Assembly: GCA_903878285.1 (NCBI GenBank)
Contig: CAIRHB010000015.1
Span: forward strand, 1 to 55,863
DNA from: Candidatus Adlerbacteria bacterium
Lineage (GTDB): Bacteria; Patescibacteriota; Minisyncoccia; Phycocordibacterales; SBAW01
DNA: 55,863 nt
Direction: 5' to 3'
A program made the position numbers and the translations under genes. Positions 37,591-48,277 of the stretch are shown here, piece after piece. Each line of letters starts with the position of its first letter. Position 1 is the first letter of the stretch. The notes beneath the pieces were generated by a model. It was not told the origin of the DNA. It made no database searches and saw only the letters and a program-made list of their open reading frames with translations.

Positions 37591-38715
37591 CATCACGTCT
37601 ATTGCCGCCACAACCTCCGCGACCGTGGTCGCTGCTGCTTGGCGGTGCACTTCGGCAGCATCGTGTATACGGCTGTTGAGCGCATGCATGGCGGGGGCAT
37701 CCCGTGGTGGCGCGATGACGATGTGGCGCGGTGGATTATTTGGTGGCTGATCCCGCTCGCTCACAGGACCTACAATATCGATGGTTGGTACGCCGAGCGC
37801 TTCGGCGATATACAATGGACCTGTGTCGCCACTTATAAACAATCGCGCCCGTGCGATAAGTGCCTTGAGCTCGTCCAGCGATGTCTGCTCGCAGAAGTTG
37901 TACACGCGCGGTGACGACACATGAGCAAACATCTCCGCAACTTCCTCTTTGTCTGCAGTAGCACCAACAACAACCACTGGCATCCGTCGTGCCACATACT
38001 CAGCAACTCGTGCAAACCGCTCCGGCGGCCAACGCTTAATTTTATTACCTGCAGAAGGCGCGATGATGGCGAACGCCGTTTTGTTGGACACAGCACTCGG
38101 CAGTATCGCCACAGCACGCAACTTCTCGACAACACGCGCTGCTGCTGCGTCGGTGTAGAAGACCTGCTTGCGTGTGTCGCTCGTGTTGATGCCAATCGGC
38201 TCGAGCAGACGCAGATACTCACGCGGCGTATACGACCCGAACGTGTATGACACCACGTTCGCGAGAAGGCGCAGCAGTCGATACGCTTTGGCGTCGGTCG
38301 GACATACGCCACCAACAATGCGTGGCGCGACAATATGTGGCACGCCCGCGAGGTACAGCGCTGCAAGACCAGATGCGTTTGGATTCGTCACGCAGGCGAA
38401 ATCAAGGGCACACGCATGCAGCCGATGTGCCATCTGGATACTACTCCCCTCCCATGCGACATACTCATCGACGTGTGGATTCCCCGCGAGCACGCCGCGG
38501 TTTGCTGCAGTGCCGACAACCACAAGACGCGCTGCGGGGTAGCGTATTTTTATTGCTCGGAAGAGCGGTGTTGTGCACACCATATCACCGAGCTGTGCTA
38601 CTTGCACCACGCAGACTGTCTTCGGCTGCGCAACGAGCCGAGTAGCGCGACCATGCACGAGTGCATACGCAGCGCAGCGCATAAGTACCCAGCATTGGTA
38701 GAGGATGTCTTTCAT
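37564..38715 (-). CDS. GT9 (heptosyltransferase-like) glycosyltransferase
   Basis: LGDMVCTTP, KRWPPERF, ISGDTGPLYIA. Confidence 0.88.
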   Translation of the reverse strand: MKDILYQCWVLMRCAAYALVHGRATRLVAQPKTVCVVQVAQLGDMVCTTPLFRAIKIRYPAARLVVVGTAANRGVLAGNPHVDEYVAWEGSSIQMAHRLHACALDFACVTNPNASGLAALYLAGVPHIVAPRIVGGVCPTDAKAYRLLRLLANVVSYTFGSYTPREYLRLLEPIGINTSDTRKQVFYTDAAAARVVEKLRAVAILPSAVSNKTAFAIIAPSAGNKIKRWPPERFARVAEYVARRMPVVVVGATADKEEVAEMFAHVSSPRVYNFCEQTSLDELKALIARARLFISGDTGPLYIAEALGVPTIDIVGPVSERDQPPNNPPRHIVIAPPRDAPAMHALNSRIHDAAEVHRQAAATTVAEVVAAIDVMLLHVVPRE

Positions 38716-41036
38716 CGAAATAGTGCGGACGAGACATACACACATACACGATGCAGCAGATAGTCGACCCGCGCATCACGACGCCCCTGCGCGTACGACC
38801 ACGTTGCATGACCATCGAGTGCCGCGAGCATAAGACGTCGCAGACCAACACGCTTGAGCTCCATCATGCGCGACACGAGCGTATCGGTCTCTTCCATATA
38901 CCCTGCGAGTGCCGATTCTTCTGGTGCGAGTGTCACCAACCGGTCTTGATACCGAAATCCGACACAGCGACCTTCGGTAACCATGAGCTCTGGCTGAATG
39001 CCATCTATGGTGAGTGTGCCATACGCGTAGTCGCGTGGTTCAATACTATCTACCGAAGTAGTACCCACCCGCAGCTTACTCATTGAACCGAAGCGCAGCG
39101 CCCAGCGGACAGCACCACCGCATAGTGCAGTAAGGAGCGCGACACCGTGGTAGCGATACACTGAGCGGTCGCAGACCACTCGACCAATAGATGCTCCGCG
39201 AAACAAAGCGAGCCACGGGAGAAACACGCTGTCCTCGGCAACATGCACACGCGACCAACGGCGCAACTGCCAGCGTAGTGCGGGCGACCATGGCACCGGT
39301 GTATCGATAATCAACTCGCTGTCGTGACACGGCTGCGGTAGCTGCGCGAGCACCGTCGCAAGCGCCTGCGGCGGGATCGCCACGTACACGAACCGCGCAC
39401 GGGAGAGTAACTCTGCCGAAAGCTCCGCAAGCGGCGCGACCGAGTACGGCTGCTGCGTACCAAACACCTCGCCCGCGTGACGCGCATACACGCCAAGGAT
39501 GACACAGCGCTCGCGCAATGACTCCAGCGCCGGCAGTACATCCTGTGCAATCCGCTTGCCCGCGCCGATAATAATGACACCCTCTCGATTATCTGACACG
39601 GAGCGCCCACTAGCACTCACCACCGCGAACTCGCGCTTGAGATGCTCTGCGAGGCGGATAGCGAGCGCAACGATGGTGTAGGTGGGGTTGGCTGAGCCAC
39701 TTGTTGGAAAAAGCGACCCACCTGCAACATAGCAGTTTGTGGTGCCGTACACGCGGCAATCGGCATCCACCACGGCTGTCCGCGAGTCGCTACCCATCCG
39801 CGTGCCGCCCAAATGATGACTCGCATCATCGACTACCGCAGCAAGCACTTCCTCTGCGGTACCTTCGACGCGCCCAAGATGCAAGCGAGTAACCTCCATA
39901 CACAGTGTTTGATGCAGCGCCTCAAGCGTTGCTTCGTCGCGCTCGCCGAGCGCGTAGGACACGACTGGCAGCGGCGTACCGTAGGCGTCGCGGGCGGCAC
40001 CGAGCGTAATGCGATTTTCGGGACGCGGCTCCATGTCGGCATACCAACGTAACCGCACTGTTCGCGGACGAAGGAGATTAAAGAGCGGCGCAGCGAACGC
40101 GGGCAGGCGACGCCAGATGCTGAGCGCGTAGCGCGCAAGGAGCGCGCTGTCTGGCTCGAGTTGGACATAACTGTTGAGCAACTGGTCGGTACGCTGGCGA
40201 GACTCGGGAAGTGCGAGCCCCGCGTATACCATCCGTCCGTCCTGCGAGCGCGGCAAGTAGGGGCAAGACGCTGCGAGCGGCTTGTGGAGCAGGAGCCGCC
40301 CAGCGTATCCTTTCGGATGATTCATAAAATAGCGGCCAACTTGATCATGCTCATCGCCAATAGCGGACACCAACAAGAGACGCGGGTTTTCGATCCCGCC
40401 AGCAGCAAGTACGAACATCGCTGCACGCACCGTAACTTCCTTCCCTGCTGCGGTACGGCAACGAGCTTCGGTGATAACTCGCTTTCCTGCCCGCCACTCA
40501 GATAGCAGCCGTGTGACGGTTGCCTGTAGATACACATCTACATTCGCACGATGAAACACCGCGCGCAGCGATGCAAAATTGAACGGAGGACGTACTGCCA
40601 GAAACAGCTTCTCACGTAGCTGCGTCACAGCAAAACCACTACGTACTGCGGACATATCGAACGCCGATGGTTTGGGAAATCGGTAGCGCTCTGCGGCAGA
40701 CCAGTACCGCACCATCTCGTCGTGCGCAATCGGCCAGCCACTACTCCATGGGCGTGATTCGAGATCAATCGCGTCAAGCGGTGCGGATAGCCCGCCCCAG
40801 ACCGTACTCGCGCCGCCGAATACTCGCTCGCGGGAATTGTGCTTGATGCGCAGATGTGTACTTTCGGCTGTCTTGAGCGCGTCAGTAAACGCTGCGCGGC
40901 GCTCTCCGCCACTTTCGAGTACACATATATGCAGACCGGTGTACGCAAGCTCTGTAGCAATCGTAAGTCCTGCAGGGCCAGCGCCGATGATGCATACATC
41001 GTACCCAGAGATGTCGTCAGTCAATTTGGTCAGCAT
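38712..41036 (-). CDS. GMC-family FAD oxidoreductase fused to a C-terminal Rossmann (Gfo/Idh/MocA-like) domain
   Basis: GAGPAG, GGIENPRLLL, VGRYFMNHP, HHLGGTRMG, FPTSGSANPT, then VIIIGAGKR. Confidence 0.82.
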   Translation of the reverse strand: MLTKLTDDISGYDVCIIGAGPAGLTIATELAYTGLHICVLESGGERRAAFTDALKTAESTHLRIKHNSRERVFGGASTVWGGLSAPLDAIDLESRPWSSGWPIAHDEMVRYWSAAERYRFPKPSAFDMSAVRSGFAVTQLREKLFLAVRPPFNFASLRAVFHRANVDVYLQATVTRLLSEWRAGKRVITEARCRTAAGKEVTVRAAMFVLAAGGIENPRLLLVSAIGDEHDQVGRYFMNHPKGYAGRLLLHKPLAASCPYLPRSQDGRMVYAGLALPESRQRTDQLLNSYVQLEPDSALLARYALSIWRRLPAFAAPLFNLLRPRTVRLRWYADMEPRPENRITLGAARDAYGTPLPVVSYALGERDEATLEALHQTLCMEVTRLHLGRVEGTAEEVLAAVVDDASHHLGGTRMGSDSRTAVVDADCRVYGTTNCYVAGGSLFPTSGSANPTYTIVALAIRLAEHLKREFAVVSASGRSVSDNREGVIIIGAGKRIAQDVLPALESLRERCVILGVYARHAGEVFGTQQPYSVAPLAELSAELLSRARFVYVAIPPQALATVLAQLPQPCHDSELIIDTPVPWSPALRWQLRRWSRVHVAEDSVFLPWLALFRGASIGRVVCDRSVYRYHGVALLTALCGGAVRWALRFGSMSKLRVGTTSVDSIEPRDYAYGTLTIDGIQPELMVTEGRCVGFRYQDRLVTLAPEESALAGYMEETDTLVSRMMELKRVGLRRLMLAALDGHATWSYAQGRRDARVDYLLHRVCVYVSSALFR

Positions 41037-42141
41037 AGTGAGTGAGAGCGCTACACACAGCAAGCGCTCGTGCATCCCAAGTATACCGCTCTACCCGAGC
41101 ACGTGCAGCATGGGCAAGAGCGGCGGCGCGTGGCGCATCCGACAAGAGTTCAGTGATTGCCTCCGCGAGCGCAGCAGGGGTATCCGCTGGAACCAGCACC
41201 GCCGAGGCGTCGTCCAACACCTCGCGGATGCTTGGTAAATCCGAGGCGACGATTGGCTTGCCAGACGCCATGTAGGCAAAGAGCTTGAGCGGCGAGGTAA
41301 ACTCGGCGGACACCTGCTGCCGCCCAGTGTTGGGTAGCACGAGCACATCAGCGACCGCAAGATTGTCGGGCAACTCGCGCATCGGCAGATAACCAAGAAA
41401 GTGCACACGCGGATACTCGCGCCCAAGTGCCGCGACCTGCGTCGGCTCGCCGCCAATGATGACGACCTGCACCGACTCGGGCAACAACTTTGAGGCTTCG
41501 CAGAGCGTGTCGACCCCTTTCCAGCCATCCACCCTGCCGACGTAGAGCACGATCGGTGTGTCGAGCGGGAGAGCAAGACGCGTGCGTGCCTCTCTGTTCG
41601 CCTGTGGATGTGCGTAGGCAGTGAGGTCGACGCCGTCCGGCGCGACCAGCAGTTTCTGCGCAGCAATACCTTTGGCAACGTACCAACGCTTGAGCCCGTG
41701 CGAAATCGTGATGATGAATGCGGAGCGATGTGCGACCACACGCGCGGCGACGTTCCATGCGCCAGTATGTGTCTCCCACACAATGCGCCGCGAACGAGCG
41801 AGCGCGAGCACTGCCAGCACGAGCTCATCTCTGCCATAGAGCACGCCCCCGGGGCGAGAACGGGTATACCAGAGTGCACGCATACCAAACAGCAGCGACT
41901 GCACAACGAATCCGAGGCGACCGAACGAGACCAAGTCTGGCGACGCGAGCGTGGTAATCGAGAATAGCGGCTTGATGCCGTAGTAGACGAACGGATCCTC
42001 GCGCAGCGCAGTGCGACGAGTCGGCACCACGAGCTCGACCTCGTGCCCCGCACGAGCAAACGCCTCGCACATTTGCATAATTTGCGCACCGTGCGCCTTC
42101 TCGGTTGGGAGGCGAATGTTGGCGATGTAGCAGATGTTCAT
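41017..42141 (-). CDS. GT4 glycosyltransferase
   Basis: KGVD, SPLKLFAYMASGKPIVASD. Confidence 0.9.
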   Translation of the reverse strand: MNICYIANIRLPTEKAHGAQIMQMCEAFARAGHEVELVVPTRRTALREDPFVYYGIKPLFSITTLASPDLVSFGRLGFVVQSLLFGMRALWYTRSRPGGVLYGRDELVLAVLALARSRRIVWETHTGAWNVAARVVAHRSAFIITISHGLKRWYVAKGIAAQKLLVAPDGVDLTAYAHPQANREARTRLALPLDTPIVLYVGRVDGWKGVDTLCEASKLLPESVQVVIIGGEPTQVAALGREYPRVHFLGYLPMRELPDNLAVADVLVLPNTGRQQVSAEFTSPLKLFAYMASGKPIVASDLPSIREVLDDASAVLVPADTPAALAEAITELLSDAPRAAALAHAARARVERYTWDARALAVCSALTHYADQID

Positions 42142-42162
42142 AGCGGTGGTGTGTACAGTGTA

Positions 42163-43254
42163 TCAGGAAGTCTCGCCTACCCCGAGCGCCTGCAGCAAAT
42201 CGCCGACGATATGCTCGGGCAGCAGCTTCGAAACAAACAACGCGCGAGCTGCGGCACCAAGCGCGACGCGGCACTCTGGGTCGGCTTGCACTGCGCGAAT
42301 CGCTTCGGCAAGCTCCTGCGGATTGTTCGCTGGAATCAACACCGCAGTGTGCTCATCGAGCAACTCACGCGCGCCTGGTGTATCGGCGGTAATAATTGGC
42401 TTGCCCATCGCGAGCGCTTCGTACACTTTGTTTGGGATGACGCGCTGCGCCTTGTCGCTCGCGCCGAAAATACCGAGACAGACATGCGCGTGCGCCATCG
42501 AATCCGCGAGCTCGGCGAGCGATACCCGGTCGACAAACACCACCACGCCTGACTCGACAAGGTCACGCGCGTCTTTTTTAATGTGCGCAGAGTGTTGCCC
42601 GCTGCCGATAATACGAAACAGGATATGCTCGCCACGCAAGAGCCGCGCTGCGGCGATGATGCAGGGGATACCTTGCAGCGGCACATACGTGCCATGGAAG
42701 TGCACCACGAATGGCACAGCAGGAATAGCACCATCGCGAGGAAAGAAGGTATTCGTGTCTGACCCAACCAGCACGCGCAGACACTTGGCGCGAGAGACAG
42801 CAAAGACACGCGCCACGTACTCGATATGCGCGTTCGTATCAAGCATCATGGTGTCGGCAAGATGCATACTACTCCAATCGAGCAGATAGTCGCGCATGCC
42901 GCGGATGCTCCAACGGCGGTATCGTGCACGATCATGCACGTTGGAGTCGTAGAGCGACAGCATCGCGTCGAAGACAACGCGTGTTCGCGGGAATAGCAAT
43001 CGAGCAAGCCACACGACCGTGTGTCCAGGAAAGAGTGCCAGCACAAACACATACTGCCCGCGCAGGCGCCGCGCCGCACGAGCAAGCTGCCAGTATTTTT
43101 GTATACCCGGATACTGCTTCGCATCCACACAACACTCGGAAACCTCGTACCCAAGGCTCGCGAACCCCTCTGCCAGCATACGATTGTGCGCATACGACGG
43201 ATCGTAGATACCAAAAAAACAAACGCGAGCAATCGGCGGTGGCGTCTGTTTCAT
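42163..43254 (-). CDS. GT4 glycosyltransferase
   Basis: IPNKVYEALAMGKPIITAD; ATGA overlap with the upstream gene. Confidence 0.88.
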   Translation of the reverse strand: MKQTPPPIARVCFFGIYDPSYAHNRMLAEGFASLGYEVSECCVDAKQYPGIQKYWQLARAARRLRGQYVFVLALFPGHTVVWLARLLFPRTRVVFDAMLSLYDSNVHDRARYRRWSIRGMRDYLLDWSSMHLADTMMLDTNAHIEYVARVFAVSRAKCLRVLVGSDTNTFFPRDGAIPAVPFVVHFHGTYVPLQGIPCIIAAARLLRGEHILFRIIGSGQHSAHIKKDARDLVESGVVVFVDRVSLAELADSMAHAHVCLGIFGASDKAQRVIPNKVYEALAMGKPIITADTPGARELLDEHTAVLIPANNPQELAEAIRAVQADPECRVALGAAARALFVSKLLPEHIVGDLLQALGVGETS

Positions 43255-44108
43255 GCGAGTGATGTGTCGTCGTGTGTCGCGGTAGTAGTGCTCGCGCGAC
43301 ACAGTTTGCGATATAGTATCGCCGCCATTAAACAAAACGGTGCGACCGCTCTGCCCAGCTCGCCGCGCACAGGAATCGCCTCCGAAAAGCCGTGCAACAG
43401 GTAGTTGCGCGATGATTTCCCCAAGGCGCCCAGACAGGTGCGCAGCCCACGCAGCACAATACGCCGTATAAAAAATCCCCATGACTTCGTCGCATACAGC
43501 TGCGCCTCCTGCGCACGATATCCTTTGGTGTGCAGAAGGTAGTGATGCCATTCGTCGCGTGTCGTAAACACATACCATGGATGTGACAGTGTGCCGATTG
43601 GCACACCATCTGGGTAGCGTATTTTCTCATGCACTGGTTTATGAAAGCGCGCGCCCGAGGTGCGATTAAAAAGGCGATGTTGATAGCCAGGGAAGTTCGA
43701 CGAGTAGCGGATGCGCCGACCGTCCATCATGATGCCGATGGGGACGCGATACACCAGCGGATCACCCGCGGCGAGGGGGCGGCTGACAATCTGCCGAATA
43801 TCCTCGCGCAGTTCGTCGGAGATGGTTTCGTCGGAGTCGATGTAGAGAAACCAGTCGTGTATCGCCGCATCAAGACACTGATTACGGACACCCGAGAAAT
43901 CACGCAGTGTGTTGTCTTTATTTTTATACCGCGCATCTTGTGCAATAACACGTGCGCCGAACTCATGAGCAATTGCGAGTGTATCGTCAGTCGAACCACC
44001 ATCACAAATAATACTATCGTCGAACATCTTGACCGACTCCAGTGTACGCCGGAGCGTCGCTGCCGAGTTAAAAGTGAGTATGCCGACACTGCAATGAATC
44101 TTTTCCAT
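43251..44108 (-). CDS. GT2 glycosyltransferase
   Basis: DGGSTDDT, DSDE, VHE. Confidence 0.9.
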   Translation of the reverse strand: MEKIHCSVGILTFNSAATLRRTLESVKMFDDSIICDGGSTDDTLAIAHEFGARVIAQDARYKNKDNTLRDFSGVRNQCLDAAIHDWFLYIDSDETISDELREDIRQIVSRPLAAGDPLVYRVPIGIMMDGRRIRYSSNFPGYQHRLFNRTSGARFHKPVHEKIRYPDGVPIGTLSHPWYVFTTRDEWHHYLLHTKGYRAQEAQLYATKSWGFFIRRIVLRGLRTCLGALGKSSRNYLLHGFSEAIPVRGELGRAVAPFCLMAAILYRKLCRASTTTATHDDTSLA

Positions 44109-44115
44109 ACAATAG

Positions 44116-44877
44116 TTATGCGCGACGACGCACCCAGCTTGTACAGGCGCGATACCATCTGGACGCTTGTGTCATCCGCGCCGCAACCTCGCGCGCGCTC
44201 ATGCTGCGCAGCACCACATGCCGCGGGATCATATACGGATCAGCACCAGGCGCAACGAGGTCGCGCTTGATAGAACACGCGGCTCGGTAGCCAAGTTTCG
44301 GCAATAGTCCAATCGCCTCGCTGCTGTATACGCCGCCTGGGTAGGCAAACAGACGCGCGCCGTGGCGCGGTGCACACGCCGCCACAAGCGCATCGCCATG
44401 CAGCTGCGACACATCGGCATGCGCCAGTGAGTGATAGCCGACCTCAACCAGCGGGTGCAGACGCAGGTGGCGAATATCCGCAGACGAAAGCAGCGGCACC
44501 TTGTTCCCCAACTGTGCGCGACTCGCCTCTGCATCACCGACCACGAACACGGTCGCTGGCGCGCGCAGACGCTCGAGTATCGGCAGCGCCGTCGTGAGAA
44601 AATCGCGGTAGCCATCATCGAACGTGAGCGCGACCGCCTTCTGTGGCAGCTCCTGCTCGCCGCGCATCCACCCTGCCACAGCAGCGAGCGAGACAAACGC
44701 ATGCCCGCGTGCATGTAGATACGCCAACTGCGCAGCAAAGGCGCTCGATGAGATCGTCGTTTCTGCCGCAGCAGCACCTATCGAGTGATAGCACAGTACG
44801 CCCACTTCTCGAAAGTTGCAGAGCGGGTCGAGCACGTTTCGGAGTGTGGAGAGAAAGAAGTAGAGTGTTTTTTTCAT
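44116..44877 (-). CDS. Polysaccharide deacetylase (CE4/NodB-like)
   Basis: LCYHSI, TFDDGY, GYHS..H, FAYPGG. Confidence 0.9.
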   Translation of the reverse strand: MKKTLYFFLSTLRNVLDPLCNFREVGVLCYHSIGAAAAETTISSSAFAAQLAYLHARGHAFVSLAAVAGWMRGEQELPQKAVALTFDDGYRDFLTTALPILERLRAPATVFVVGDAEASRAQLGNKVPLLSSADIRHLRLHPLVEVGYHSLAHADVSQLHGDALVAACAPRHGARLFAYPGGVYSSEAIGLLPKLGYRAACSIKRDLVAPGADPYMIPRHVVLRSMSAREVAARMTQASRWYRACTSWVRRRA

Positions 44878-44910
44878 ACTATGCATGCAGCGCCGATGCG
44901 CCATCGGTAA

Positions 44911-45933
44911 CTATAGCGAAAGAATGCCAACAATACGAGCGATGAGTGCTGACAGCGAGTTTTCGGCAACAACTTTGGCGCGCAGCGCGGAGATGTCGAG
45001 CACTGCAGCGCGGACAATCGCATCCGCCAACTGCTCGGGGTTACCATCCGCAACATACAACCCGTATGGCGACAGCAGGTCGCGAAACGCCTCGTTGGAG
45101 CTCACGGGCGCAAGTCCCACACATATCGCCTCAAGCACTGCCTTGTCGAAACTGCCAGTCGCGCTCAGATTGATACATACAGTATGCTCGGAGAGCAGCA
45201 GTGGAATCTGCGCATGCGGCACTGCACCAAGTAGCTGTACCATTTCTCGATAGGGTTTTGTAGCGAGTGCGCGACGAACTTCTAGTTCGTAGGCAATATC
45301 ATCAGCTGTTGCATGAGTACCTGCAATATCGAACTGGAATGGCAGCTCGCGCGCATACAGCACGTCACACACCGCGAGCATCTCCAACACGCGCTTTGTC
45401 CGCGACATACGCCCAGTGGTAATCATACGAATACGGCCATCGTGCCGTGGCGCACCAGAGAAGAGCGTCGTGTCGATGCCATGCCCAACCACCTGCACCT
45501 TGTTGCTTGAGAGACGGAAACTTTCTTTCGATGCAGTACAAATCACGCTCGCAAAAAACGCGCCGATCCGCAGCCGCAGATTAACGCTCTTGTGCGTATA
45601 CCACAGCACAACTCTTTTGTGTGTGATGCGCCACCATCCGCCACCCATGATGAGATACTCAGGATTCATATGCACAAACACGGCGTCGTACTGCCCACGC
45701 AAGCGCCACATCTGTCGCCAAAAACGGAACGCGTACTGCACGCGCGACACCGTGCCGCGCTCCTTGCCAAGCGAGTAGACGTGCACATTCGCGGGCAACT
45801 CGTGTCGACCTTCCTCAAGACATATGACCGAAACCTGCTCGCAGTGTTTGGCAAACTCGCTGATCCAGCGATGGAACGAGCCGAGGTTCGAGTCGGTGAG
45901 TGATACTTTTTGTGTACAGATAAGCAGCTTCAT
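44911..45933 (-). CDS. GT4 glycosyltransferase
   Basis: GHGID, GRM...K, GSFDKAVLEA. Confidence 0.88.
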   Translation of the reverse strand: MKLLICTQKVSLTDSNLGSFHRWISEFAKHCEQVSVICLEEGRHELPANVHVYSLGKERGTVSRVQYAFRFWRQMWRLRGQYDAVFVHMNPEYLIMGGGWWRITHKRVVLWYTHKSVNLRLRIGAFFASVICTASKESFRLSSNKVQVVGHGIDTTLFSGAPRHDGRIRMITTGRMSRTKRVLEMLAVCDVLYARELPFQFDIAGTHATADDIAYELEVRRALATKPYREMVQLLGAVPHAQIPLLLSEHTVCINLSATGSFDKAVLEAICVGLAPVSSNEAFRDLLSPYGLYVADGNPEQLADAIVRAAVLDISALRAKVVAENSLSALIARIVGILSL

Positions 45934-45945
45934 GTTTTGTATAGA

Positions 45946-48237
45946 TTAGTGTCGCGTGCTCGCTCGTGCTGCACACGCGGCGATGCCCTCGCTCCAGTGT
46001 AGAGCCCACGACTCGGGCGACACGAGCGGCATTGCCAATGATCCACGCGCCCCCTGCTCGAGTATTGCGGTTGCTTGCGCGACAAACGTCTCGGGTGTGT
46101 AGATGGTTGCGCCTGCTGCGCGCGCAATGCCGACGTCGAGTGAGAGCACGGGTGCGCCTGCGAGCAGTGCCTCGACCGTCGACGCGCCGTAGCCTTCGTA
46201 GGCGGCAGTCGCCGCGAGCACGAGGTCGGCAGACTTGTAGAGCGAGTAGACATCGTGACGAAAGCCCAGAAACACCACGCGATCGGTGATGCCAAGTGAC
46301 GCCGCGAGCGCTTGCAGCGCAACTTTCTGCGAGCCATCGCCGGCGATAAACACACCCGCCTTTGGGTATGCACGCAGCAGCGGCACCAGATTACGCAGCA
46401 ATTCGTTGACGCGCTTTTCCTCCTCAAGCCGTGCCGCGATGAGTATGCGCGTTTTTATTTTTTTATATGCAGCAAACAGCTTCGACTCGGGAGCTGCAGC
46501 GACCGCCACAGCGTCGATACACACGGGCAATATCGACACCGCAATGCCCGGCACCTGTGTGCGCATCGCGGTAGCAATCTGCTCGGTCACGACGCGCACG
46601 CCCTGCGCTTTTGGTAGCAACCTCCGCGCGAGCCGTACATTGAGATGATGCTGCGCCTGATACTCGGGTACAAAGAGGTTGGTGTGGATTTGTAGCTGGA
46701 GCGCCGCGTGCACCTTCTTCGCAATACACCAGCCAATGAGCCCCAAGAGAAAGGGGTCCTGCGCCGTCACCACCTCCGGCCGCAGCCGAGCACCCTGTCG
46801 ATACATCCGCCACGCGACCACAGGCTTCGACCCAGCAAACCCACGGACGATACCATGCGACCCGAGCGGCAGCTGCCGCGACGCGCCGCGCACATACACC
46901 TCAAGCCATCCGACCTCCTGCGCCTGCAGCAGCAGACGTTTGTATACGCCGCTACCCTGCGAGAGCGCATGCGCATCACCCGAGAGCATCAGCACGCGCA
47001 ACCCTGTTGCCGAGGCGGCATCTCCAGTCTGTTGTCTGCCAACCACAACGTCTCCCGCCCTTTGGTGTATCTGTCGACGCTTTGGCGGCGGCGTAAGAAA
47101 CAGCGTATCGAGTGCGGTGAGTGACTGCTGCGGATCAAATGGCGCGAGCGCCTGTCGCGCACCACGACGCAGCCGAGTAGCAAACTTCGCATCTCGCACC
47201 ACGCGCACAATACTCGCCGCAAACACAGGCACCGCATCGGGCGCACACAAGAGGCCGCTGACTCCGTCGACAATCAGCTCACCGTTGCCACCAACCGCTG
47301 TCGTCACAATCGGCGTGCCAATCTGCATCACCTCGATGAGTTGATGCGACAGCCCTTCGTAGTGGGTATTGAGCACGAAGACATCCGCTGCCGCAACGCG
47401 ATCATGCAAATCCTGTTGCGATAACTGCCCTTCCAATAGGACACTGCTATTTAGTTTGAGCTTCGCGATTTTTTGTTCGATTGCGCGCTGCTCGGGACCG
47501 CTGCCAATAATGCGCAGTTGTGCCTCTGGATACTCGCGCACCACCAGCGCAAATGCATCGAGCAGCGCAAGAAACCCTTTCCACTTGACTAACCGCCCCG
47601 CGCTCACCAACAGCGGCGACGACCCGACACCGAGCTTTGTGCGCGCTGCCTCCTTGGTAAGATACTCGACTGGATCGAGCGTGCTGTATATCACTGAAAT
47701 CTTTTTGGGAGCAATTCCCCATCGCACAATGACTGTTTTAAAGTACTGACTCGGCACCACGACGCGCTCAGCACGCGACGCAACCACGCACTGCACCCAT
47801 TGAAAAAAACGCACTGACAGCGGATACGCACGACGCGCGCGAGATGCGGAAGTGATAGGTGCCGCGCCTGCCACACCACCAAGAAACGCCTCAAGATCGT
47901 CGGTGACACCAAACCTGCCGACCCCTTGCTCCCACGCATAGTCGCCTGCTACACGCAGGACAAATCGCTTGCGCAACAGGAACGCAGCAGCAGACGCAGG
48001 CACACCGACTGACACTGGGTCGAGCGCGTAGACCACATCGCAGCGCCATCCGCGCCACAACAGGAGGAAAAAATAGGCAATATGCCGCACCACCTTTGGG
48101 TACTTTCGCACGCGAGCAAACGGTAGCAGGTCGATAACATGTGCGCGCTTGGAAAGTTCTGCTGCTACAAACTGTGCATGCGTCGCGGGGCCGCCGATCT
48201 CGGGCGGATACAAAGGCGTCGCAAGCAATATCCTCAT
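45946..48237 (-). CDS. Tandem double GT4 glycosyltransferase
   Basis: Two GT-B modules: YEGLSHQLIEVM and YEGYGASTVEAL. Confidence 0.88.
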   Translation of the reverse strand: MRILLATPLYPPEIGGPATHAQFVAAELSKRAHVIDLLPFARVRKYPKVVRHIAYFFLLLWRGWRCDVVYALDPVSVGVPASAAAFLLRKRFVLRVAGDYAWEQGVGRFGVTDDLEAFLGGVAGAAPITSASRARRAYPLSVRFFQWVQCVVASRAERVVVPSQYFKTVIVRWGIAPKKISVIYSTLDPVEYLTKEAARTKLGVGSSPLLVSAGRLVKWKGFLALLDAFALVVREYPEAQLRIIGSGPEQRAIEQKIAKLKLNSSVLLEGQLSQQDLHDRVAAADVFVLNTHYEGLSHQLIEVMQIGTPIVTTAVGGNGELIVDGVSGLLCAPDAVPVFAASIVRVVRDAKFATRLRRGARQALAPFDPQQSLTALDTLFLTPPPKRRQIHQRAGDVVVGRQQTGDAASATGLRVLMLSGDAHALSQGSGVYKRLLLQAQEVGWLEVYVRGASRQLPLGSHGIVRGFAGSKPVVAWRMYRQGARLRPEVVTAQDPFLLGLIGWCIAKKVHAALQLQIHTNLFVPEYQAQHHLNVRLARRLLPKAQGVRVVTEQIATAMRTQVPGIAVSILPVCIDAVAVAAAPESKLFAAYKKIKTRILIAARLEEEKRVNELLRNLVPLLRAYPKAGVFIAGDGSQKVALQALAASLGITDRVVFLGFRHDVYSLYKSADLVLAATAAYEGYGASTVEALLAGAPVLSLDVGIARAAGATIYTPETFVAQATAILEQGARGSLAMPLVSPESWALHWSEGIAACAARASTRH

Positions 48238-48277
48238 ACCCCTATATTCTACTGTAACTATCGTCACGCGCTACTGG

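Noticed and set aside
4189-43254. Alternative genetic code (UGA = Gly, code 25)
   Set aside because: TGA ends genes at expected C-termini and forms ATGA overlaps (4189, 35096, 43251); conserved genes are full length under code 11.
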